Origin: Trichosphaerium sp. ATCC 40318
Taxonomy: Eukaryota > Protista > Tubulinea
Assembly (NCBI GenBank): GCA_038496445.1
Contig: JALMLS010000353.1
Span: 186,001 to 250,000, forward strand
Length of the DNA stretch: 64,000 bases
Direction of reading: 5' to 3'
The notes beneath the pieces are model-generated. The model did no database searches and was not told the DNA's origin. It saw only the letters and a list, made by a program, of their open reading frames with translations. Each line of letters starts with the position of its first letter. The first letter of the stretch is position 1. Position numbers and translations under genes: made by a program. Shown in pieces: positions 49,690-63,097 of this stretch.

Positions 49690-52389
49690 ATGTGTACAAC
49701 AACTACACCAATCATCTTTCTGATTATCATTCTTTGTTTATGCTACGAGTCATTGGGAAATGTTTGTGACCCTTCATTCTCGTGTTCATCTTATGACGAA
49801 TGCAAGACGCAGGTAACGAAGTAGACAACAGATCCTTAAATGTTTGTTCATAGGATTGTACCGTCTAACTTTCTGTTCAGAGTGCTACCGAGAGGTACAG
49901 ATGCCTCAATGGTAAATGCGTGCCCCCGGACTGTGGTAATTGCCTAGAACACCAAGCATGCATTCAAGGGAGTTGCGTCGATAAAATTACAGTACCGACT
50001 GGTTCTAGGTGTAATAAAAGGTACCACCACGTGTTCTTTTATGTTGTCAGCATTTCGGTGATCATTACTAACAACACCTATAGCCACATATGCGAGGAAT
50101 CTGGTACTTGCATTTGCGAGGCAAAAAGATCAAACGATTGTTTTTGTGTTAACCAACGTGCTGGAGAAAATTGTGAAAAGTACGTAAAAAAAAATGTGAA
50201 AAAACTGCTAAAGAACTTTGTTTTAAGATCCTATCATTGTGAGTTTGGCCTTGAGTGCAGTGACAATAAATGCCGAGAATCAATTATACAACAAAATGTA
50301 GGAGATAAATGTGAACTAGATGCAGTTGATTCTTTTTCAGTACGTTAAATACATTCGGCTGTTGGTGCTCATTTAATCGTATAGAAAGTTTATGTTTGTA
50401 ATCCGGCGGCACTTTACTGTGATCGCGGAACACGTACTTGTCAATATAAAAAAATATGTATTGGTGATTCATGTGCTAGCGATGACGAATGCCTTACTGG
50501 ATACTGTTTTGGAGGAAAATGTGCTCGCAACGGCCTAAAGATTGGAGAAGCTTGCCTAGATTTGCGAGAGTGTCAATCAAGAAACTGTACTGATTCCAAA
50601 TGCGCTGGCATGGTACGTTGTGTAGCATTACTGTTTCATCGTGAGACTTATATAGCGTATAGGATTGCTCTCTATTATCTTGTGAACCTCAAAAAGAGTG
50701 TTTCCAGGTAAACGCTATAGAGTTTGTTTGTGGTGATTCTGCGGGATCATGTGATAGTTCAACAGAATATTGGAACTCTGAAACTAAGAGATGTGCTAGC
50801 AAGAAAGCAGATGTATGCACAGCCATGACCCATTGTTTTACTTTAATTTTCGCGATTAGTTGGAATGGTGTTTTTGATAAACAGTGTGAATCAAATATTT
50901 GCGCGGGAATATATCCAGATAAAGTTTGTTTTGGCAAAACACCATTCTCCTTGGTATGTTCAGTTGTTCAATACACATTTTCTCATTGTTTGTTGCAAAA
51001 GGGTGAACGTTGTGTTACAGACCAACCACAAAATGACAATTGCGAGAAGGGTAAGCTATGTGTAATAACAATGTTGTATTGATCAAACCCATACAACAAT
51101 GGCACAAAGTATGCTTTTGGAACATGTCAACAACCTTTAACTGCAGTACGTTTAATTAATTCTACCAACTCGTACTTCTCTTATGATCTAATATTAGAAT
51201 GACACGTGTTTCCGAAACTCTGAATGTGAGGATAATGCTACTTGTGAATCTGAAACTTGTGTACTACCTTTGGGTTATGTACGAACTAGTTGCCTTGTAA
51301 TTGTTCAATGCTAAGTACGGCTTGTAGGGCGATTCTTGTGATGCTTCAGCTGGGGATACTTGTGGAGTTGGATTAGGATGTTTTTGTGATGGCTCAAGTG
51401 GTACGCCTGTTAAGAAACACTTATGCCTCAAAGCCTGAGAGCATTTGTCGTATTAGTTTTTCTGACATTTTGCCAAAAAAGCTGGAAAGTGTCAGTTGGA
51501 CAGCTCTGGTGGTGAGGCTCCCTTCGTTCCGGAAAGACCTCGTGACAGTGATGATCATTATTTTTCTGATGCCATTTTGGTACATTGCAACAGTACTTAC
51601 CAAAGGGTACCAAGTCTGAACTACACAATCCACTGACGGTCGATGTAGCTAAGAAAGAAAAAATGCAATAGCCACGTATCGGCAATGTTCGCAACAGTAT
51701 TCGGAGGAGAAAGACTCATTGGAGATGCTGTTCCGGAAGATTGCCGTAGTGCACTTGCTGAGATATCTTGTTGTTTACTATGCACTTATGATGGTCCTCA
51801 CACAAATATCGTTACTGGTAGTGGGCAAGGACATAAAAGTATGTCAGAAGTATTGGAATTAGCAAGAGCAGTTAGTCTTGCTGCAATACCTGGAGCTAGA
51901 CCAGATGTATGTACCATTCTTTTGTTGATTTCTCAGTTTGGTTTTTGGGTTTATATTTACGTATTTATACTTAGATATCCTTGAATTGTGCTGCTAATGG
52001 TGGTAAGGAGAATTAATATTTCCAAAAGTGTGCCCTTCAGGAGATAAAAGTGTGAGTTTTCTTGTTTGTTTCTCTGTAAAAAACAGATGAACGGTTGTTG
52101 TTTTAATTCACATGTAGGTATGGTCTTCAACAATTGCTCAAGTTAAAAATAATATCAAATGTAATGAGTTTGTTGTACGTTTTGACTCATTTTTATATTG
52201 TTACACGTGATAGCCCACAAACAGTTTTATTGATTTTTTTGTTAAACATAGACGCCTCCACCTGTTTCTTCACCTAGTCAAATGTCAGAACCTGGCACTA
52301 CCTCGTCCCCAAGTTCTTCAACATCAGTATTGTACAGTTCATTGGCTGTTACTCTAATATGTATGTTGTCGCTTCTTTTGTTGTTGTAA
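49690..52389 (+). CDS. Cys-rich surface protein, copy B, probably disrupted
   Basis: Paralog of copy A; lacks ~19 nt including a splice acceptor (~51090) and has a 1-nt deletion (GGTAAGGAG vs GGTAAAGGAG, ~52005). Confidence 0.65.
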
Positions 52390-52540
52390 GACAAAGTGGT
52401 TCATCTTAGCCAATAAAGTGTTTGGCCCTTTAGAAATCGTAGTGTGAGCTCAATAACTATTAGCAGCTAATGAGAAAGACATTCAAAAGCAAACCAACTG
52501 TTTAGAACATATCAAGGAGTATATCATATTTGTTTATTTC

Positions 52541-54379
52541 TTAATGTACAGCAGCAAGTATTGCCATTGCGCCTACAGATACTGTAACAAGTCCGGCAAT
52601 GTACTGATAAAATAGTAAAGCAGATACGCCATCTGCCATGTTCCCGTGTATTGTTGCCATTACAACAACGCCTATAGCAGTGGGTGTGCCTATGTTTGAT
52701 CAGTATTTTGGCTGTTCACAAAAGAACGAAGTTTTCAGATGTAATTTCAATAAAACCTGACATACATCCTTCAAGCATTAGAACAACTAGCATTATGTTA
52801 TCATATGCAAACAATCCAATAACTTTATGTGCAATGAAATAAACGATACCAAAGGTAAAGATAGCAGGCATGATAATTAACTTAATAAAAGTTGCAATGC
52901 TTAACCATTTCAAAGAAACCTCCTTTGTTGGTGGTCCCTAACAAATCTGTGGTTATCAACTGTGACAATGTTAGTCTAATAGTACGTACATAAGCTATTT
53001 TACTTCCTAATATAATCATTGAAAACGGTACAAGACAGCTACCTATCATCTTGCAAGCCTTTGTAATAAAACTTAAAGGAGGTGTTCCCTTTATATAACT
53101 GCTTTCATGAAATAGAGCCCTAAGTTGAGGTACACAGCCAATAAAAACAGCTTTCGCATATTAGTGTATAGCCATTATTGACAACTTACCAATCACACCT
53201 ACATATATTGGCGGTGTAAGCATACTCCAAACTATTTTAGCATATCTAGCAATGTATTCCATCACGCCTTTTTTTCCCTCTGTTGATATTTGTGCGCCTT
53301 CCTCAGGATCAATTTCATCTTCATCTATTTCTATAATATCATTATCATCATTTTGCATGAGTACATCCATTTCAGTGTCTTTCATAATGCCCGTGATGCC
53401 ATTTGAACCTTGGGTGGTATCATCCTATTTAGAACAATTATTGGGTGACTATTCGAAGGCCAAAACTACTAACAGTATTGATTACCGTACCTTTCTTTTT
53501 GCTAGTAGGTTATAACCAATCAACCACCTCGGAAATTGCATAAAAATTGTAATCAACAGAATGTACGACACAGCCGTAACCTTTTTCGTGGTAGTATAAG
53601 TATTTTCTTATTTTTTTCGTATTTATCATTGATTCTCTAAAGGAAATACCTGGAGTGTCTCAGTGGATTCTTTGGCATCTGATTGAAACAACTAAAGTAG
53701 TGGAATGAGTGTAAGAGATAGTAAAAACCAGAAAACCGCTATGAACGCAACATTTGATGCAGACAAGATCACCGGTAAGTAAAAAAGACAAACGGGTTGA
53801 AGAAGTACTTGGGGTGATTTATCAATGAGTGATGACATGTACGCCAAAACCATACTCGTTGAATTCGAAAAAGCGAGAACACACATCATGAAACGTCTAA
53901 GAGATGTAGATGTACAACAAACTCTGCAAAAAAAATAAGAAAAAAATAGTCCGTCGAAAATTCCATGTAAAGCAAGAACGCAGCTATTTCCATACTTTGT
54001 GATTGTATAGCCAATTAGAAGCCCAAAAGCAATGTACAAGTAAGGAAATACAATAGTAGGCCAGTATGTAACCAATTTTGAAAGCGTTACAGCCTCAGAA
54101 ACTGCAAACAATCAGTATGTTTGAGAATATAAAAAGTAAGCGTTGGCGTACCTCTGGCGAACAGTAATGCGGGCATTATAAGCGATTTAATGAGTTTTGA
54201 TATGTCTTTCACCGAGTTATCGCTTAAAACGCCTGTTCTAACCATAAATACGCCTAGTTTGAGTTAAAAACGCGTAAGCAATAGCCAGTATCACATTTAG
54301 ACTCACCTGCACCAACTAGGCAACATATTTCGCCGGTAGCCGCTAAAGACGATAGTACTATGCCCTTGACGCTCGCCAT
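52541..54379 (-). CDS. Auxin-efflux-carrier/PILS-type membrane transporter (Mem_trans family)
   Basis: ISKLIKSLIMPALLF, AFSNSTSM, central acidic loop, TPPIYVG, VPFSMIILG, KLIIMPA, C|TPTA, LFYQY. Confidence 0.88.
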
Positions 54380-54771
54380 AGTCCCAAAAGAAATAACTAA
54401 CTTAACCCAGAAAAAATCATGTGACAACTCATGAGATTCACTTGCTGTTCAGATAATGGGGAGGCCGATAATATGCAACACTTATCAAGAACAAAGTACC
54501 AAATAAATTGTATAATAAAAGTCCCTCAATGTATTAAAGTACAAGCAAACTATTATCTACAAGGAGTGAACTACCGAGTTTTTTTTAAAGCATTTATTGA
54601 CGCCGTTTATTATTCCCAAAAGATTTATTTTTATCATCGGTTGTATATACCACTCCACGTGATTATAAACAAAATAAATAGCATAAAAGGATCCTGCAGT
54701 AGTTGAATAACGTTAGCAATGACATTGATAAATAAAAATTTTGGACGAACCAGTTTTTTTATGCAATAAGG

Positions 54772-57138
54772 CTACGGGCGTAAGGACGAACTTTTTTAAT
54801 GAGTGCCTCAAAAAACAAGTCACACATAGCAGGTGGTACGCCAAGTCTCATTAATCGTTTACCACGTTTAGTCCATTTCTCAGAGTTCTCTGTATCAAGC
54901 CTGAAAAAGAAAACAATTAGCATGATAATTCGTGTTCAACTACTCCTTAAAAAAAACGCCTGAATTCTTGGAATGTTATTGTACATAACATAGTATGCTG
55001 TATATATACTACGATCATATACATATTCATATCAGTTTGAATACAAGCGTGGAAAAAACAAACGAAGATGAATAGAAAAAAAACCATAAAAGAAAAAAAG
55101 GTCCACAAAAAAAGTTGACGTACGCTGCCAGCACAAGGCTTTCGAAGCAAGCCTGTCCAGGCCATCCTTCAGCAGGTCTATAAGATGCTGTATCATATAA
55201 TTCTTGCATCTTCTTAAACCAGTATATCATCATAGCCTTGTTTCCTCTGCTTGACAGCATAGCAAGTCGAATAATTTTCTTCTCAATGATACCTCCGTCA
55301 ATAACACGTCTTGCTAAGTTTAAGGATTCCTTAAGCTCTTCTGTACTGTTAATATCGATTCCTCTTTGTAACTTGGCATCCAGGTTATGATACATACTCT
55401 CAACCTTAGCGAACAATTCAAAGTTCTCTGGGAAATCTTCATTAGTACATCTAGAGCACTTACAAGTGAAGCTTCTTTGAGACAATCCTCGACGTCTTTC
55501 AGTAACAAACGCGTCTCTAAGAGTATAAGTAACATAAATCTCCTCTCCTTTCTTAATATCACGTGCAGCCATAGCTGTAAAGACATTACCAACTGAAAAC
55601 GTCCAAATATTTGGGTAACAGCTATGATTGAATAAACTAAAGTAATAATAAAGAGCGGTGAGTGTCGACTCATCTTCTCTTTCGAATTCATCCATACTAA
55701 GCCCAAAAGAACAAGTAGATACAACATTCCTAATATGTTGCCCTAGAGAGTGATCTTGAGAAGCTTCATCCATATCAGAAGTAGAAAGGTCCAATAATTT
55801 TTGTGTAACAAGCTCATCGTTGTTCGCAAGTTGAAGTAATTTCTTACATAGTTCGTTATGTTGTGGATCAGTATACCGTTCAACAACACCATACTCTACC
55901 CTACTAGCTGACTCACTACTTCCAATAACGCTTGCAAGAGCTTGCTCAACAAGGATGACAGTTCCGGTCTCGATATCCTCTGTAGCAATAATACCTTTTC
56001 CTCGAACTGTTCCTTCGGTTGTAACTTTGATTTTCTTCGACATGAATGTGGCTACCTTATCTAAATTTCTTCGTCTTCTACCATAACAAGTCTCAAAGAA
56101 ATAATTCCAGTCATACTTACACTCCTCGCTTTCTAGAATGAATTGTTTTGCAATGACTAATTTAGATTTTGCGAGCGGACATCTTTCGAAGTATTCAACT
56201 GCTTCCCTGTAACATTCCATATTTAGTAACGCCATACCTGCGCGATAAATACTCTTGTTATGATTAGGATCAATAGAAAGAGCCTTTTTAGCGTCTTCAA
56301 GAGCATTCTTCCATAAACCAAGCGAAAGATGTGCTTGACTTCGATTTGAATATAAAATCACATGATTTTTATCAATCGACAGTCCCTTCGTATAACACTC
56401 TACTGCCTTATCCCAACGCTTCTCCTTTACATAATTATTACCTCTTGACTTCCATCCATCCGCTGTATTGGTATGAAAAGGTTTGTGCCACGAGGTTCCC
56501 TTCAAGGCATCGTCGCTTTCGTCAAGAAAAACAATGTTTTTAGGGTTATCGCATCGGATCAAAAGATTCCAACCGCTAGCCGCAATCTTCAAGTAAGGTA
56601 GTTTCCAAGCTATAATACGCCCAGTGGAGAACTGAGAAACGTCTGGAGCATTATATACGCATCCTACCATGACGTTGCCTGCGAGGTCCTCTATTCCGAA
56701 AGTAAAACCTACAAGCTCTACGGTACACGTAATAATACGGCATAAGAGGTAGTTTTCGCGTTTAAAAAGCTTGATACCCATCAGATCTACCTGTGTCATT
56801 TTTTCTAGAGGCGTTTTGCACTGCTTTTCGGTAGTATCGAACTTGCCGAGGTCGTTAATAGCGTGAGGACGTGAGCTTTTCCTTTTTGTTTTTTCCATGA
56901 TGTCAATCATCTGGGACTTGTCGGAACAGCAACACCCACGCGCATGGGCCAAAAGTAGCTGTGATAGAGCTGGATTTGTCTCGCTAAACTGTTCCATTTC
57001 GTTATTTACCTCAGAGAGCGCTCTACTGTTTACAGATACTTCTTCGGTGTTGGGGTACGATTCATTAATTAATCTCGTATTTTCCTGCAAGAGACCGGCT
57101 CTCTTTGTCAGAAACTGTAATAACTGCATCATTTCCAT
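54772..57138 (-). CDS. TPR + SET domain protein (one intron near the 3' end)
   Basis: WKSRGNNYVKEKRWDKAVECYTKG TPRs; RGKGIIATEDI, SLFNHSCYPN, GEEIYVTY, FTCKCSRC; spliced tail ends SSSLRP* at 54772. Confidence 0.9.
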
Positions 57139-58249
57139 CTTTCGAGGTCAACGCGTTAGCCGCAGCGTTTATTTATTGTTTCAGATTTAGTTTGACTGCT
57201 TAATGCTTTAACGGTAGCACCCCTAGACTCTACAGTTCTCCGACCAATTTTTTAAAAAGCTAAGTACACGCTGTTGTAAAAAAATATCCAGAAGTCTAAC
57301 GCAACTTGTTTGCGTAGTTATGATGTTTCTAGTTGTTAACGGACGCCTTTCTGAGTATTCTCAAGAATACCACTGAAATTCAAAGAAAAATAATAGCAGT
57401 ACTGGGCAGAACCTCAACTGCCTCTGTGACATAGTACAATGATACTGCAAAACAGTATGTATGCATCACCAGCAAGAGCTATTGGATGAGACTTTATACC
57501 ATTAGTAGTGAACACAACTTGTTTTATTCATATCAAGGAGTACACCAACGTAGCCGCCTACAGAAACAATTCGGATATTCCTAAACAATTAGCAACATTT
57601 TGGTATTCCACGTGTCAAAAAATTAGTACCTGTTCTACAGGAATACATTAGAGTTGAAACGTCACTTGTAGGTTCAGTAACTTCAAAGTAAATATAACCA
57701 TGTGATAACTGCTGTATGTACTATTCTAATCACCATGATAGAAAACCCAACATGATGCACATACACTCTATGTAGTGAATACCTTGTGACATCTCGCCCT
57801 TAACAAGCACATTGAAGTGGCCTTATGATGAGTCAATGTAGTTAGAGAAGTAAAAAACATTTGGCTCGGCCATCTTGTTTCAAAATATGCATTGTTGAAA
57901 AAACTCCTGCGAAAATTTTTGGCAAAAGACTTTTCTTGAATGTGGTATGATTCATTTTTAGTCGTTCAACAATCACCACAACATGTCTTCCAAGAAACAG
58001 TACGACTCATTTTGAATACAAAGTACTATGTACCTTAGAATTGCACAAAGATAGTTGGGCTCGAAACCCAAAAGTTAATCAGCAAATTTACTTCTTTTTA
58101 GATCTACAGAGCGGGGTTACATTCCATCAACTGACGAAGACGAATTGATGAAATGCAAAAAAAGCACTGTTTGATCTCTGGGAACGGTATTACAACAGAC
58201 TTACAACTACAGACACCGAACTATTCAAAGAACCGGTGCTAGAATATAA

Positions 58250-59085
58250 GTTTAAAAAAAAACGATGTCGCTGTTGAGATCATTGAACTGGTGAATCACT
58301 TGTGTGTTAACTAGCCACTAGTGTATTAATATCAGGTAATCTAACTTACTTTATCAATCAAGATGCAAGGAAAAGTCTATCTCAAACTCGTGCGTTAACA
58401 AAACGTTTGTCTTGTGGCTTTACGGTTATCAGTCTAACCACAAGTAGAAGCTTTTCTGCATCCAGGGCTAAGCGGTCGCGACCAAAGTATGTTTAAAGCC
58501 AGTATCCTTTACTAATTTCCCACAGGAGTCTATGAAAACAATGAAATCTTACAGAAATACTCTGTCAGGTATTTGGGAATATTAAAAGAAGTATGCTAAC
58601 AACTTATGTCACGGGTACTAAATCAATTCCTGCAATAAATACTCACTAATTGTCTTTGTAGAAGGTTGTCAATGGAACACTAATGCTTGAGCTGTATCCT
58701 AGAGCCGTACATCTTACATTGGAGGTGCTGTGAAACCAGGAACAAAAAGGAGTATGAAGGTTCTCTTCTCGCACCAAATCATGTGATAAAAACCTACACG
58801 AACAAAGAACAAGTTTTCCTTCATACTGCTTCTGATGACCTTGAAGTACTTATTAGACTACTTCACTAAAATCACCTGAGCGAGGAATACCAGATCAAAA
58901 TAGGCAAAGCCTTCCAGGCATGGAAAGAATGTGCTGAGAAGCCAGATAAAAGTATAGCTGATTTACTAAAACTCAACACACTTGTAGAAGCTTTTCGCCA
59001 AGACGTTCCACAGCCTTACAAGAAAATGTTAGATTATGCTAGGAACCTTAACTATGAAGCCATCAAAGAGGCTTTAACACATTAA
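58250..59085 (+). pseudogene. Degenerate protein-kinase-like remnant (FunK1/Crinkler- or CK1-like C-lobe)
   Basis: Fragments YEGSLLAPNHV..HTASDDLEVL and MLDYARNLNYEAIKEAL, broken by stops and frameshifts; catalytic loop not found. Confidence 0.35.
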
Positions 59086-59299
59086 TGTCAACCAAGTTGT
59101 AACGGCCACTGGTTATTTAGTGTAATGTCACAGTATCAAATGAAGTACATTGGCACGAACATGAAGCTATCTGAGTGTGTAAATGTTTCAATAAGTCAAA
59201 TACATCCATTATCTTTACTCACAGTCTATGTAATCTTTGATCGTCTTATACAATATGTCAAGTTTGTAGAGTGGCAATACTTGACATACTTTGTACACT

Positions 59300-60957
59300 A
59301 CACGTATTCTGTTGACACCCAGTCGGTTATAATCTGACGATTAAGAATCAAGTGATTAAAATTACATTGTAGCCATGTATGGAAGTATGAACTTGAGGCC
59401 TTTAGCGGTAAGTTGCTTTCACAATCCATATGAAGTACATCGAGTTCAAAATATTCCCTTTTTTACACAAGACTAAAATGATTTTGCACACAAATCATAA
59501 TTTATAAAGTAAATATGTTAACTATCTTACAAGGTAACTATTGTACATAAATGCAATGTGCAAGCGATTAAACTATTCACTACGGAACTTGTTCTTCTTA
59601 CCAAAATACACCAAACGCTTTTCAACCCATACCACAAGCGAAGCAAGGTTCCCTGTTGTTAAGTATTAGTGGTTTAGAACTAAAGTTAAGAATTAATACA
59701 TACATCCAAACTATATATGGCATTTCCCATGGTAAATTATGTGTCTGCAAAGGTGTTAGAATATTCAAAAAAAAAGCCAGTAAACATACAGTTATTTTCC
59801 CATTTTGGTACATATATTCGTCGTCTTCTCTTTCCTCATCTAGCCATGCCACACGCATTGCGTATTTAAAAGAAATCTTAGAAGTGTCCTTTTGATTGAG
59901 GTACCACCTTAGTGAAATTTCTAGAACCTTGACAAAGACATTAACTCACTCGATTCATTTGTCTTTTTTGGGAAATTGATAAACAAACACGCACTTCTTT
60001 GAATGGAATGTCCTTCTTTTTCTGTACCTCTGGTATGTTATCTTTGCCAAATTTCACACATTTTGCATTTAAAGTACTGTCATAGTTCGTGAATATCTGT
60101 CGAGTAGGAAGGGTGTTCCTCAAGGTATTCTTTTCCTTGTTACTTGGTTTGTAGCTAAGCACCATAGTTTCGAAGTCTTCTCTGTATCTACTGACATAAT
60201 TGTGATTAATATTGAGTACAATTGCCGCATCTCCACAAATACGCTGTGTGATACTTATTCCAAGTTAATAAGAAAAAAACAAATAAAAAAAGTGATCAAA
60301 AGGTACTTTTCGCAGTAATTCTCACGTGTGTCCATGTCCCATATTTGAACAAGACGTTGTATGCCATCAACTTCAATCACAGCATTGTATATGGACTATT
60401 GCAGCTGTTAATTTATTTATGGCTACCTCCTACTTCATTCTTGTTTCTTACCCACATTTTTCTTTGTTCTTCTTTTTCTTCAAAGACATTATTAAAAATA
60501 CTCCTTATATTCATTCTCTCTGTTGTTGTATTGTACAACACTATTTTAGGAATATCACGTGTCTTTAATTTCAAGCTTGCCAAAAGCTATTAAAAGCGCA
60601 CAAAGTTACACAAAGAAAGATAGATTAACAATGGTTTGTCAGTACCATTTTAATAACTGAAAGCGACGAGTCTGGTAGCTCTGATGCGGTTTTGGGCAAG
60701 CAGTACTTCCGTAGGCAATATGTAGATCCAAAGACATTCTTAAACGATTTGTTAATCATTTCTACGGCGTTTTAGGCCAAACTACATTAAAAAATACGTC
60801 TACCGCTTTTAAAGACTTCATAGGGCGTCATGAATTGTGCGATGTCGTATAACACATCTTCTGGGAGTTTGTCGACGTATGAAGGCTTAAAACGTGCCAC
60901 AGTATTTCCTAAGCGTTATGAGCATGTATCTCATAGCATAATTTGTTTCTAACCCAT
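59300..60957 (-). CDS. Multi-exon F-box protein, possible N-myristoylation (MGNTVA); 3' end approximate
   Basis: YVDKLPEDVLYDIAQFMTPYEVFKS|EMINKSF F-box-like; further spliced exons to ~59300. Confidence 0.55.
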
Positions 60958-61913
60958 GCTTCCTCCCTTTGAGCAAGTGCAAGACTTTTTTTTGAAAGCT
61001 CACTTAGGCTAATTTTCTTGAACTGACTTTTCGCTAGCAAACATAGAATGCGCATATTAAGGGTAAACAGAACGGCTTTATTAGGTTAGCTACAGGCTCA
61101 CAGCTCCAGTAACAAAGCCCCAGTATCTGTAATAAAGATGCAAAGCCTATATAAATAAAATATTTTAATACTTAGATCACATTTGATTTTGGTCTGTAAT
61201 GCGAGCAAGCCTTGTGTTTTTTCAAAGATTATGATGTGGCAAGAATGTAACATAAAAGATGTGTAGATATCTAAGATATCTAGGAGTTGACCTGTAATAA
61301 CGCTATTAGCGAAACGTTAAGCTACTCAAAAAGATAACTCCCAATTAGTAGCAAGCACGTGACTTTCTGCTCCTGCAATCACACAAAGTACTCTGTAAGG
61401 ATAAATCAACAAGCTAATTTGTGTACTCCAGGGTTGCCTGTGTTCACCAGCAATCTCGAAAAACTAGCTTTAGCGCTAACAAAAAAGGTCGTTACTTCAG
61501 GTCAAAACCTACATAAACTACGTGATTCCTAAGTATCTAGATAGTTCTAAAACCCACTTCATATGGTACAGCTATACAGAGGTACATACCTGGGCAGAAT
61601 GCATCTTTACCTGTGAATAGACAATAAACGTTGCACTCTCGTTTAAGGTTAAAGCTATCTTTAGCAAGTTTATCTTACTTTGAGTAACAAGCTGTATGTT
61701 CACCGGTGCTGCATGTTCACCCGAACCGCCATGTTTACCCGGATAGGTTCACCTGGAGAAGGGTCTCGATTACGTGATCATCGCATCAAGGATAGTAAGG
61801 TTCACTGAAGTGACTTCCTTACACAGCTTGGGAAAAAAAAAGCCAAAACGGAATCTGTAAAACGTCAAATATGGTCTTCATTCTTATTAATCAACACTCT
61901 AACTTGTTAGATC

Positions 61914-63097
61914 ATGGCTGAACCACCCAAGTGCGCGTTGCCTCATTGTAATAAACCCTGCTGGACAAATGCAGGAGTTGTTCATGACTATTGTGGTCGA
62001 ACGCACGCTCTTGAAGGTAGAAACGGTGCTGTACAAAAGCCTCATGGTAAGTGCCATATTTGCAAGTACAGAGGATGTGATAAAGCGGTTTATTTCGAAA
62101 GAGGTACAAAATAGCAGTAAAATACCCCATCACGCACGTATTAACATCGTAGGTCGTGTACACGACTTTTGCAGCAGGCGCCACGCAGAAATGGCTATGC
62201 AGAATAACGAATGGCCTCCGCCTTCCTGTATGGACTACACTAAAATGTGCGCACTTCCCGGGTGCAAAAAGGCAGTATTCTTCGATGAGGCACGCCAAAT
62301 ATCTTACGACTATTGTGGACGCACCCACTCCATGAGAGCCAACGAAAGAGGCTTGTTGCCATCGAGACAAGGCTATGAGCGGTGTTTCAAAGGTACACCT
62401 CTCAGAGAGCGTCAAATGGGCCTAAACCTCATCCAAATAATGTCACTTAATACTCTATTGGCTAGGTGACAACTACACGCTATCAGTTATGACGAATAGA
62501 CATCCTAAATACGAAAACATCAAATATCAGTTTATCTCCAAGTGGAAAAAGAGAGAAACCAACCCTTATGGTACTGTTAGAGTCCAGCGCATACTACAGA
62601 TAGACCCAAGCCCTGAACGTATTGAAGTATTCAAGAAAATGACCAAAATGTTGGGAGGAGAAGATACCGTCGAAAGAAGGTTCCATGGCACTTCTAGCTT
62701 ATGTGATATTGGTATCAGACTCAATGCGAAGCCTTGTAATAGCCAAGACTGCTGTATCTGCAATATTTGTAGAATAGGCTTTAAACTAACGCAAGGAAAG
62801 CCGTTTCAGCGTTATGGATCTGCCTTGTACTTTTCTTCTGTTTCTGGAAAGTCTAATGATTATGCTAATAAATCAGAGAGGATAATAGGAGGAAAGAGGT
62901 GGAGGTGTATGTTCCTTTGTAAGGTTATAACAGGGAGAGTATTTAAAACAAAGGATAATGGTGAACACTTTACTGGACCTCCTAAAGGCTTTAATTCTGT
63001 TCTTGGAGAAGTTGGTCATGTGCTTAACTATGACGAACTAGTTGTTTATGATCCTAAGCAAGTTTTACCTTCTTATTTGATTGTATACACAATGTAG
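61914..63097 (+). CDS. PARP-like ADP-ribosyltransferase with three N-terminal C-x4-C...C-x3-H zinc fingers
   Basis: Fingers CALPHC..HDYCGRTH, CKYRGC..HDFCSRRH, CALPGC..YDYCGRTH; RRFHGTS, YGSALYFS..KSNDY, MFLCKVITG, YDELVVYD (H-Y-E triad). Confidence 0.88.

Larger units (their letters stand above)
45600..52430 (+). repeat. Tandem duplication of a ~3.6-kb unit (upstream region + Cys-rich gene)
   Basis: Shared upstream block GGCCGTTTGGTTCACAAGGTAG...GTATCACGTGTATGATTATT at ~45625 and ~49265; paralogous genes and 3' ends. Confidence 0.9.

Noticed and set aside
61690-61810. GTTCAC motifs as type I-F CRISPR repeats
   Set aside because: Only 6-8 nt shared, irregular short spacing, no palindromic repeat body
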